Assembly (NCBI GenBank): GCA_051362555.1
Contig: CM120641.1
Coordinates: forward strand, 39,252,401-39,316,400
Source: Lingula anatina
Taxonomy: Eukaryota > Animalia > Brachiopoda
Direction of reading: 5' to 3'
Length of the DNA: 64,000 nt
Positions within the stretch are counted from its first letter, which is position 1; the number at the start of each line of letters is the position of its first letter. Below the pieces are notes generated by a model, which worked only from the letters and a program-made list of their open reading frames with translations, had not been told where the DNA came from and did no database searches. Positions 1 through 10,560 of this stretch are shown here, one piece after another. A program made the position numbers and the translations under genes.

Positions 1-87
1 TTTCTGTACCAGAGTTGAGTGCGTTTTGTATATGGTTTGAAAACGTTAAAATGAAACGCGTTACACAACTGTGCCAAATGGTTAGTC

Positions 88-685
88 GCATCCTGGACTG
101 ACCAAGTGCCAAGCTGAAAAAATTGAATCCATCCAGAAAAGAGTTTTAAAATACTGCATCTAAACACCGAGGCATTAGAAAAATAAACTCTGTTTCTTTA
201 CAAACCAGACTCAACTATTTACGCATAAAATGTTACAAGCATGTGCATTGACTGAAGCATTTATTAATAAAAAGTTAAAAACCATCCGCATTCTCTGAGA
301 CACTCTAGGAACTTGTATACCCCAAGGTTTAGAACTGTTAGATCTGCAAAGATTTTTACCCCATGGGTCCTCAGAAATTTTAATGTACAATGTAATGCAT
401 TTTAAAGAAGCTGATTGATGTGATATTTTGATAAATGATCCTTTTATGTGAATGAACTATTTTCTAGAAACTGATTTATTTAATATTGTAATATTAATTG
501 AATTCTTTTATGGTAAAGAACTATTTAAAAGAAGCAACTTTGATTTAATATCATAACCAATGACGTTTTCTTTTCCGTTTTCATGTCATGTGTTTTAGCA
601 CCTGTATCACTATTTTCTTAATTACATGTAAAATCTAAAATTTAGTCGCAAAATTAAATATTATTATAATTATCATCATTATTAT
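88..685 (+). mobile_element. 5'-truncated, degenerate non-LTR retrotransposon (CR1/L2 group): ORF2 C-terminus, 3' UTR and (TTA)n-like tail
   Basis: From 89 the sequence reads HPGLTKCQAEKIESIQKRVLK, matching the post-RT 'WHPGLT...LESIQKRALR' motif of CR1/L2-group LINEs. Near 321 it reads PRFRTVRSAKIFTP, like the 'PR.RT.R...SF.P' C-terminal motif. ATTAAA at 653 is followed by a TTA/TCA microsatellite tail to ~685. The frame is disrupted. Confidence 0.7.
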
Positions 686-2152
686 AGTTCCGCGAAGGAA
701 TTATTTAGAAAGAGCGCTCAGAACTCGTTTCACGATGTACTTCTCACGTTACACCAGGCGATTAAATCGAATACTTTTGTCTTAGTCATAAAATTTGAAC
801 GTGCAAGAATAGAAAATGTAGTAGAAGGGCCAGTACCATGATTCAAAGTTCAAAAGGAGTCTACACTGTAATTCAGATTTAAATGATGATCGCGAGGTCT
901 GCTCATATGCATTTTAAGTGAAAAAAAAACGAAACAAACGCACACGGAAAGTTATTTTTTTATTGCTATTCAGCTCGGCTTTACAATTTAATTAGTGGTA
1001 AGAAGAAACACAAATGAATTCTTTATCCACATTATTATGTTATTTTACAAAAATCCATGTTATCGTAAATTTTGCACAAAGCAGAAATGCTACATAACGT
1101 TTCGAAACTATTATGTATAAAAAGCTGATCTATGGTTGGAATACAATTAAAATTCCTTTGAATGAAAAATTATATTAACTTTTGTAATCAAACATTTTGG
1201 ATACGTAACCACTTTTAGATTTTTCACTAAGGGAGTGACATCTATCACAGGTAATATTTTCTAAGGTTGGACTATAGCCACCCCGTTTTTATGAATAAGT
1301 AAGCAACTACACAGCTGTTAACGTAACCTTCTAACTATCAGCTTCATGTTTTAATGTTACCTTTATTATTTTACATTAGAAAAATTCACTAAAAACTAAG
1401 GCATACTTCCGCTTGCGTTTTTATGTATCTTACAACGCTCGAAAGTTTGTTGCTAAAAAATCTAGAATGTCAAAAATGATTTTATAAAAGGCTTATCAGC
1501 CATGTAAGCACTTTTTGGATGTCTCTTACGATGACCTTTTCCAAGTAATATCCAGTTTTGATTTATATTTACATGTACCCTTGCAAAATGTCACAAATCT
1601 TTCACAAAACAAACGTTCTTGAGACGGTGAGAGATATAGACCGTATATGAATCCTATATATACAAATATTGTCTTCGAAGGTCAAGATCTTAACTCCTCA
1701 TAGGTATATTATACAAATGTACGTGGAAGAGTTGCAGGAGAGATCTGTGATTTATAAAGTCCCTGAAATGTTACATTATCAACAAACATTACAATATATA
1801 AGAAAACATGAAATAAAGAATGGGTTATGTTTTTGTTTTTTTTTTTTTTTTTTTTTCATAATCTACACGCCTCAAATGCCACGCGGAAAAATGCAGTGGT
1901 GTTATACACCTATATGTAATAATCCTGAACAGACAAAGCAAGCGTAGAAAAAAATAGTCAGACATTATTTGCTCCAAACCTTTCACTATCAGAAACAAAA
2001 ATCAATTATCCTTACTTCAAAACATTCGAAAATGTACACGACCTACATGAGCTTTTAGAGCACCACTATCCTTTTCCAAATATACTGTATACAAAACTAT
2101 ACATACAAAAAATTTGTTCAACAGGTTAGCTATGTTACAGTTATCAAAATTT

Positions 2153-3916
2153 TCAGGAGGAAAATAAAGTCCGTTGTAGGTATCCTATCGTAATGAAGGC
2201 CAAAGGTAGAAGTGCAGAGGAAGAGAGCCGTCTCGTGGTAGCCGTGTTGCATCCATCCTTGTTGACGCAGTGGCAGTACTTCACTTTCACCCTGTACGTC
2301 CCACTTCTCTCTTTACACCAGCGGCCTTCGTCAGCCCCGACCTCACCTTCCCTGGCACAGGACCGAATGTAGCGGACGTCCCAGTGACCATCGTAATATG
2401 CTGCAAAATGAAAATATACAAACTTCCAAAATATTTAGCGCTCGGAAATTATATAATTTATTGATTATCAAATAGGACGAATCTAACACAAATTAGCAGT
2501 GACGGACAAATACATTACTTTACTGTGGATAACAGTTTACTAACATTTTTCAACTCTTACTATTTCGTCGCCATAGTACATTTAACTTAAATATTTTGTT
2601 AGTTAATTACAGGTTTATTTTCATAACCCGACTGTATAAACGAAAAAACAACCAGGTTTTTATCATTAATTTATTCGGAAAGCCCCACCTTAGTACTATG
2701 GCGGTAACATTTTACTACTCGAGTAAACACAATTAAAAAAAAAACAGCGACTTACTTTCTTGTACCATTTTTCTGCACATAGTATCGGTCACGTTACAGG
2801 GTTGAATGGGGTACGTGCTATTGTCGAAGAAATCGGCACATCCTGCATCGTAGAGGGAATTGCATATGAAACACCGAATGCCCAAGGCTGAAAAAGAAAA
2901 ACGAAATCATTTTGATTTCATAATCTGATCGAATGCAAAGAACAGTAAAACAATCATCTTTGCAGGGTAGAGCCGTAACAAACGTACACTGTATGTACTG
3001 CCTAACCATTAGATAAGTCTACACAGCGACCTGCGAATGTAGAAAAGGACAGTTAAGACGAATGTAAAACAGCAGAATTGTTAGCTGAATATAGCAGTTG
3101 GAGTTTTATTTGTTTTATTACAACATCCTACCTAATCCCATGCCCTGAATAGATATTGCACATCATGTATTGATTATACTTCCTGATAAACCTAAGCTAG
3201 CAAAGACACAGTTGTCACAGAATAACGGATTAATGCAACTATAGAATTTTTGTGCTCGTTACACCATATTGTTTATACTGCACATATAGGAGCTAGAGAT
3301 CACAACAAAAAATCTATGCACCTATGTGAGGTTGACAAATTCATTTTCATTTTGACATGCCCTAAACAATAACTCGTGAGAAACCATAAACTAGAATTAA
3401 ATAAATTATTTGTAATGCCACACGAATAGTTTTTATAGTTTTTAAGATTTAGTATTACAGATAACTATTTTATGTAACTGGTGATTTAACTTGAATCAAC
3501 TTATGAACTGTATCTAAATCTCTAATGGTACAATTAACTTCGAATATATGCCGTGTGTCTTAGTGTAGAATAATCGGGTGTTCAGAATTCATTAATCAAG
3601 TGGTTGCAGGGTCAGAAATATGTGATGGGTCTTTAAAAAGGAAATAAGTAAAAAGGATTAATGAAGAATAAAGCACAATTCGAATTTTGAGGCCAAGATC
3701 TACTCCCTGTTAAATGAGAATTCAAGAATGTCTCTGGTCGCCATATTTGACCTATATCTTACCTGTGCACACCTGAGTACAGGTGTGTCGAAATTCAGTA
3801 TTTTGGACGTTAAACCACTCAACTAATCTTAACAGAAGAAATTTTTTTTACCTACCTCCTTGCAAAGATAAAAGTGCTATGAATACGAACACTGAAACAA
3901 CTATGACAGACTTCAT
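2153..3916 (-). CDS. crok: Ly6/uPAR (three-finger, quiver family) GPI-anchored protein, crooked-like; exons 3916-3856, optional 3030-3007, 2887-2756, 2400-2153; 154 aa (146 aa without the microexon)
   Basis: Signal peptide MKSVIVVSVFVFIALLSLQG; LU domain IRCFICNSLYDAGCADFFDNSTYPIQPC..MCRK..RYIRSCA..RWCKERSGTY..YCHCVNKDGCN; hydrophobic GPI-type tail. All junctions are GT-AG, phase 1. The CADxFDNST, MCRK, RSCA and KDGCN pattern matches Drosophila crooked as I recall it. Confidence 0.88.
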
Positions 3917-4449
3917 CGCGCTGCCGTTACTCCAAGGCAGGCATCGATATTTAAATAAAAGTAATGGCGGAATGGCGGCGAAATACCTTGGGGCCCACGA
4001 CGGGGAGTCTCAAACCGCACGCGCAGACTAAGTGACAGGGGAAACGACAGGTGTATTAAATCAAGACGTAAAGGTGGTTTTGTTAAAGAAAAAAAATCAA
4101 ACAATCTAGTTGGTTCTTTGTTTGGTTAGTATGAATTTGACAATTAGTCAATTGATTATTTCCTAAGACATCAAGGCGAAAATTTTGACAGGAATATAGA
4201 GAATCTTTAATCATGAATATCTTTCGATATACATGTATTTAGAAAAATGGAAAAGAAGCTAGTTAATTTTAAGCAACCGAATATATCGTATAGATTTTTA
4301 AAATTACCCGCTCTTGTCGCAAAGTATGGAATATTTTGAAAACTTCAAAAGTATTAATTTTTATTCACCCCTTTTTTCTCATAATATGTCCGACTTAAAC
4401 ATTGACAATTAAAACTTCAATTAAGGGAAGTGCAGAAAAGAGTAGTTTT

Positions 4450-4760
4450 AATTGCCTGGTTACAGTTCCTTACCCCGTGTGACACATCTGAGATTCAACG
4501 CTTCTGTCACTGACCAGTGCAGTTTGAATTCTGTCCAGCAAATAAAATCCATTCTATCCATTTTAGTAAAAGTGCATTATGACAATCCTTCGAGAATTTG
4601 TGGAATGTTTCTTTCCAAGTCAATGAAAATAAAAACCAATTTGTACTATATAAAAAAAATAATATCACCAGAAACGTCTCTTGAATAAACTTTTATGATG
4701 TTAAACATTACATTTGTTATCGTTTTTCTTAAAACGTTATCAATTCCGTAGACACTAGTA
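4450..4760. repeat. ~300-bp direct repeat, copy 1 (copy 2 at ~5469-5760)
   Basis: Alignable from (a)att(g/a)cctggttaca to ccgtagaca in both copies, with substitutions and small indels. Confidence 0.8.
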
Positions 4761-4902
4761 AACTAACATCCCTGCTCCCATTTGCAGAAATATACAGACC
4801 AGAGTTTTCAGTAAATACCTGTAATAGACCCCATAAATCAACACATAAAAACGAATGCCGCTCTGGCCATCAAATTGCCCATTACCATGAAATAAAACAT
4901 TA

Positions 4903-5452
4903 TTGATCTGAATAAGTTTGTGACATTGTAGCATTTTGAATAAATGAAAAAGGTGGAATGGACTTTGGATATCATTGCAAAGAAAATAAGCAGATCAAAA
5001 TCCGTTCCAGTGGAGTATTTTGTGTCAAATATTTGCCACGGTCTTACAACTAAACTAAAAATAAATGCCGTTTATACCAAATTTTGGCCAATGCAGTTTT
5101 TTGGGGGGCCACTTGAAAATGGCAGATAACTGTGTGCATTTGTTCTGAAATAAAAAAAAGCAAGTTGCAAGTTATTGGACTTCGCTTCCAAATACTGTGC
5201 ACCTATTAGATACACATATAGCCAAGGTTCTTTTGTGCAATAAGATAGGTCCCTTGAAGGATATCAAAACACTCCTGAAAGTAGCAAAAATTTGGAAACA
5301 CACACACACACACTAAGGGGACAAGGAATCAACTCAACATGCAAAATCTGCTATTAGCATTGTTTTTAATATCTGATCTTAGCAACATTTTATGGTTTAT
5401 CTTGGACCCATGTATAGGGGGTTCAAGAATTAACGTGTTTCTGGATAACAAA
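4903..5452 (-). pseudogene. Duplicated fragment of the CYP gene (copy of ~10845-11322) with a degenerate heme-binding exon at ~5069-5144
   Basis: Flanking intron sequence aligns with 10845-11322. The exon copy reads TNAHSYLPFSSGPPKNCIGQNL versus functional PNAYSYLPFSIGPRNCIGQNFAK (conserved Arg lost, indels). No other CYP exons were found nearby. Confidence 0.85.
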
Positions 5453-5468
5453 TAACCAGAGTAATGCA

Positions 5469-5760
5469 AATTACCTGGTTACAATTTCCCCCTTGTGACA
5501 CTTCTGACGGTCAGTGTTTCTGTCACTGGCCCGTGAAGTTTGAACTCTGTCCTGCAAAAATCCATTCTTTTTAGTGGGCCTAAATGTGCATAATGATCAT
5601 CTTCCAAGAACTTGTGGAATATTTCCATCCAAGTTAACGACAATAAAAATCGATTTGTACTTGACAACAACGTTTCTTGAATAACCTTATATGGTGCCAA
5701 ACATTACACTTGCTTTTGTACCTTTCTTTAAAAAACGTTATCGATCCGTAGACATTACAC
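5469..5760. repeat. ~300-bp direct repeat, copy 2 of 4450-4760
   Basis: Direct alignment with 4450-4760. Confidence 0.8.
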
Positions 5761-5976
5761 TACCCAGTACAGCCCCGCTCACCTGAGTTCTGAGTGCAAA
5801 CTTCTATGAATATGAATTTGCATCGCCTTTTAAGGTCTTCCATCCTATATATAGACTGTCCTGCAACCATTCACATCCATGCTTACTTTATTTTCTTTGT
5901 CTGATTTAAATTTGAACGATGCTCAAAATTAAACAAAAGTGCATTCATGCCAGGGACCTTTGAGGATCAACAGTTG

Positions 5977-6134
5977 ATTGGTTGGATTTCTTAGAAAAGG
6001 CAATAGCGAAACCGAGGTGGGGTATAAAATACGGTACATAGGACATTAACTGCGTATTAAAAGAGGAGGCGTGTAGTTCAACATCTGAATAATAGGCCTA
6101 ATCCGTTGTACCAAGCAAGAAAACAAGGATTCAG
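5977..6134 (+). promoter_or_regulatory. Putative promoter and non-coding exon 1 of the repeat microprotein gene
   Basis: Reverse CCAAT 5977-5981; GAS-like TTCTTAGAA 5988-5996; TATAAAA 6023-6029; ATG-free leader; donor CAG|GTAATT after 6134 that can join the acceptor TTGCAG at 9485. Confidence 0.6.
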
Positions 6135-6690
6135 GTAATTTATTGTTTTTACATTCCTTTAAAGAAAAATCATCAGCCAGTGTGTTTCAAGTATGGTGAA
6201 ATTATTTCATTAACATTTATGAAGAAAGATCAGGACAGGAACTTTTGACATGTGTGGTTTAACGAAAGCTTTGTAAAAAAAAACGATAGCTTTTTTCATA
6301 AATGTTGAAAGCACGGAGGAAAAACTGAAAAAAACTTTCGGTTGCATTTTTCATATTTCTCACTCTATTTCCAATGTGATCTTTAGTTGTTAAAATCAAT
6401 CAAAACAATTCATCACAGCAAATTGTTCAGGGTAGAAAAAATTACTATCTACATGAAGGTACAAATCCACGTATAAATCTGACTTTCTTCTTTTCGAGCC
6501 TCTAAACTGGTGACTTTTCTCGTGACGTTTAAATTTAAATAATTAAACTTCCAAACTGTAGAGAAGGTTTATAGATCACTACTTTTTCAGCAGTTTCGGA
6601 TGAGGTATAACAAGATATCAGGAGGAAATTTGTTGAATATTTTCAGAAAATTTAATGATATAAATGCACACTATGTGCTTTAATTGCTTT

Positions 6691-7807
6691 ATTCTCCGTA
6701 GCAAGAAATTATTTACCAGATCCTACTCGTTGATATTTCTTTAGCATCTAAACGAGCTTAAAGTTTTAGTTATGGAAAGCACGCACTTTCGGGTGTAAAA
6801 CATACATTTAAAACGAAAACCATTCACTTCTTTGTTATGTTCCCTTTTAACAGTAAGTCAAAGTTAGCTACGCCTTTTATTATTATTCTATTCGACGTGG
6901 CCAAAAAGAGTGTTTACTTGATATTTGTCAGCAAACCTCATTATTAACGGCAGCTGGAGTCACGTCATCGGAAATTCCGTTTAATTTTTAAGTCGTGGTC
7001 ACTAATCCGCATTTTTGCAATTGTCTTTATTTCTGATGGCGTGGCTTTCATTAAGAGATATTTTTCAGGGGGCTTTAGTTTTTTAAAGCAATCTATATGT
7101 CCTAAGTTTACTATAGTAATCACTTTTCAGGTCTTTCCAAAATAGTTCCTCAGTCTTATTGTTGATAGTATCTCTCAATTTATGTCTCCTTGATCTATGT
7201 AATTTAAAGTTAAAAAATTCAATGAATCTAATGAAGATGAAAAACTTGTAGAAGTTCAGAGTCTCACCTCAAACTAGAAAGGTGGTAAACTGACGATAAA
7301 GGCTTCGAGTTGCCTATAGGCCTATGCTTATATATTGCAACGAGAAATATAAACTCCGATGTTCGATATGTTTCAAGGGGTTTTTTATTGTTTCAAGTCA
7401 GCACAAAGTTAGATGCATTACTGAATAGTTAGATTCAGGAAAAACTTCAGTTTCGGTATCTGGATGATAATAAAAAGTTACAATATCCTTAAGCTGAAAG
7501 CAGTTTAGCGAGAAATCCCTTGGAGATGGATCGATCCCGTTGGATCGATCCTGTTATATTGATCTGGGTATGAGAACCCAGTCTCATTCTCCGTAGCAAG
7601 AAAGTAATTACAAGATACTATTCGTTGATATTTCTTTAGCATCTTAACCAGCTTTAAGTTTTAGTTATGGAAAGCCCGCACTTTCAGGTGTAAAACGAAC
7701 ATTTAAAACGAATATTATTCACTTCTTTGTTATTTTGCCTTTTAACAGGAGGTTGGGCAACAAACCTCATTATTAACGGCAGCTGGATTCACGTCATTGG
7801 AAATTCC
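6691..7807. repeat. Direct duplication 6691-6978 / 7586-7807 inside the microprotein intron
   Basis: Both copies run attctccgtagcaagaaa...tcacgtcat(c/t)ggaaattcc; copy 1 has an extra internal block. Confidence 0.85.
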
Positions 7808-8045
7808 ACATCGAAAGTGAAAGTTGCTGCGTATTTTCCTAATGTTTTCTACGTCTTTTTCAAAATATCGATAAATACAACTTTTAAATGTACATCTAAA
7901 ACAAATGTCATTCAATTCCTTTGGGCGTAAAATCAATGGACAAAATCTTCGTTATTATTTTAGTAAATGCCGGGAAGTAAAATAATAAGAATACTCTTTT
8001 TTTCAATCACACTCTTTTTTTAATCATTGCACTCAGTGACAAAAA

Positions 8046-8221
8046 GGCCGCACTCAGAACAGTGGACTTACTAGTCCGAGGGTCAAATATGGCCGACCCA
8101 CTTGAAAACTTCCCCACAGGGAAACTATATTTAATATCTATTAGTGGATTAGACGGCAAGCTTGTTAGTGGGTCGTATATTTGACCCTCGGACTAGTTAG
8201 TCCAATTTTCTGAAAGCAGCC
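8046..8221. mobile_element. MITE family A (Tourist/PIF-Harbinger-like), copy 1
   Basis: Long inverted arms (ctagtccgagggtcaaatat / atatttgaccctcggactag); homologous to 14228-14409 and 28758-28942. Confidence 0.75.
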
Positions 8222-8829
8222 AGTTTTCTAAATCTTAATAAAATTGGAATGCCATGAAAGGGGGCTGCACTGATTTGTGACAAATTAACCTTGGCTTTGG
8301 GAGGAATTAAATTAATTTTAAAATCATGCTGCATAAATAAATAAGTACAGATAAAATAAGTTTTGTGCCTCTAATGCTGTCATAATATTCGCTCAAAATA
8401 CAACTGAACAAACAAGACTTAATTTGTATATAAATTTATTAAGTTGCTGGCTAAACTACATACTGTTTATTGACAAATTGTAAATCTATAAGAATAAAAC
8501 CTTTATATTATACATTGAGAAATCTGAAAATTCTCCAACAAACAAATATAAAAAATATAAGGCATATCTTTAAGGACCAAGTTAGATTTAAAAATACCGA
8601 TTAGGATTTTTTACAAAGAATAATACTTTAATGTATTGTTTGCTTTTTATAACTCTTTTGTGGGTATAAGTAAAAACCAATTTGAGCACTGTTAGACATG
8701 AAAAACAAAAATTATAAACAAAGCAAAAATATAAATATCCCATATGGATTATTTACCTAACATATAATGGGCAACTCCAAATGAGCTAATGTTGTCTTAT
8801 AACTGAAGCACATTGAAGAACAAAATTCA

Positions 8830-8832
<3 letters not shown>

Positions 8833-8901
<69 letters not shown>
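8833..8901. repeat. (TA)n microsatellite
   Basis: Uninterrupted TA run. Confidence 0.95.
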
Positions 8902-8904
<3 letters not shown>

Positions 8905-9089
8905 CCCTGAAATGCTGGAAAGTATTGCATGGAGCATTTACATTTTTACTCAGTGTGTGTGTGTAAAACGTACAGTGCCAATATTAACAATATGATATTA
9001 ACTCAACTCAGTTAAATCAATTTATGTTGTATATATATATTATGCCTATCATTGGTTTAAAAACCCAGTCCTTACTCACTTTAACATAA

Positions 9090-9333
9090 GGGACCATTCC
9101 CACAGATATTTGAATCGATCTATCTCCCTGGGGAGTTTCAATAAATTGCTATCAACTTAACAGGCTTAAATGTCTGTCACACTCAGTAAAGCTATAAGGG
9201 GGTAATTATCTTACCCTAGCTGATTCAGTAGGCGTGACAGACATTTAAGCTAGTCCAGTTGATAGCAATTTAGTGAGACTCCCAGGGAGTTAGACCGATC
9301 CAGACGGGTCAATCTAGGCATGGGAACCCAGTC
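9090..9333. mobile_element. MITE family B (foldback, TAA-flanked); partial copies at ~7501-7584 and ~17400-17531
   Basis: Arms ctccctggggag..aaattgctatcaac..gcttaaatgtctgtcac and gtgacagacatttaagc..gttgatagcaattt..ctcccagggag are reverse complements; TAA lies on both sides. Confidence 0.75.
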
Positions 9334-9489
9334 TAAGTTAACTAAAAAGCATTAATTAATTAAAAAAAAAACTTATCAAACCACCATTATAATCAAAATG
9401 CTAAAAGAAATCCCTTATTATCTATCATACCCTTCTAATCCAGACCCCTAATTTTATAAATCTAATGTAGTGACTTTACTTGCAGAAAA

Positions 9490-9684
9490 ATGTCTGACAA
9501 GAAGGGATATCAGGGCACTGGAGACAAGCCAGATCTTGACAACCATGGTAACCAATGTAACCCTAACAACCCGGAGTACCGAGGATATACCTCTGGATAC
9601 TCTGGGAAGGGAGACAAGCCTGACCTCGATCACCATGGCCAACAGTTGAATCCGAACAACCCCAAGTATCAGCCTAAGAAGTAG
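9490..9684 (+). CDS. 64-aa uncharacterised microprotein with two 25-aa GYxGxGDKPDLDxHGxQxNPNNPxY repeats
   Basis: GC-rich island in AT-rich DNA. The two repeats keep identical residues with different codons (e.g. CCA GAT CTT GAC vs CCT GAC CTC GAT), a sign of coding selection. Acceptor TTGCAG| ends at 9485; AAAAATG start context; AATAAA at 10086-10091. Confidence 0.85.
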   Translation: MSDKKGYQGTGDKPDLDNHGNQCNPNNPEYRGYTSGYSGKGDKPDLDHHGQQLNPNNPKYQPKK

Positions 9685-10560
9685 AGGGCAATGCTGTACA
9701 ATCATGGAACAGTAGTTTAGCATCTTGGATTAGATTTTTAACCATTCTTGATTTGTGTGAAAATCCCTAGAGAACATGTGATCTTTGAACGAAGAGACCA
9801 TCTTTCAAATTCTGTTCTATAATCCTTGCAAATGAACTAAAAACAAGAAGGAATAAGACAGTCATGTTGACATCCTGGTGACCAGACCTTGTGTTATACA
9901 AACAACAGTATCACATACAACTGTTAATAAGGAAAAAATTCTATTCATCCTGACAATAAGTGACTCTTCAGAAGACACGCACTAGACAAAATCACTGCAA
10001 GTTCTACTCTAAAGCAATATTTGCAAAATTTCCAATACTTTGTTGTAATTTTTCTAATATTTAAGTCAAATATTCCTAATATTCAAATAAAGATCACAGA
10101 GTATTTTACTGGTTTTTGTCTTCTTACACAGAAAACATTTACAAATATATATGAAAATATAAAACCAGGCATATTATTATATTAACAATTAAATTGCATT
10201 TTAAAAATGATCCAAAGCACTGATTCTACAGGTCTCAGTTAACATAAACCCTAGAAGCCAGTTAGTTTGATGAGTATTACAGTTTATAAAAATAAATCAT
10301 AAATTTCATAATAAAAGTTAACAAGTTATAAAATCAACATTTCATAGATACAGCTTTTGATAAACCAAATGTGCAAACACAGTAGGTCCCTGTCACATGA
10401 TGACAGAGACAATTAGTTCAGTACCCTGAATAAGTCTATGAGATAGACAAAACACCACAGCTCAACTGTAAGTTAGTATCAATATATGATTTAATTTTTC
10501 ATTCTTTTATTTGTATTAAACTTAAACAGGAAGAACACGAATGTACACTTCTCTCCAGGT

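Noticed and set aside
1370-1700. AAGGTCAA and GAGATATAG motifs suggesting another Helentron-type remnant
   Set aside because: No termini or repeat periodicity could be established.
2569-2703. 11-bp inverted repeat cgccatagtac / gtactatggcg in a Ly6 intron
   Set aside because: Too short, no clear TSD and no second copy in the window.
9454-9723. 89-aa hydrophobic minus-strand ORF
   Set aside because: It is antisense to the microprotein; synonymous-site divergence supports the plus frame.
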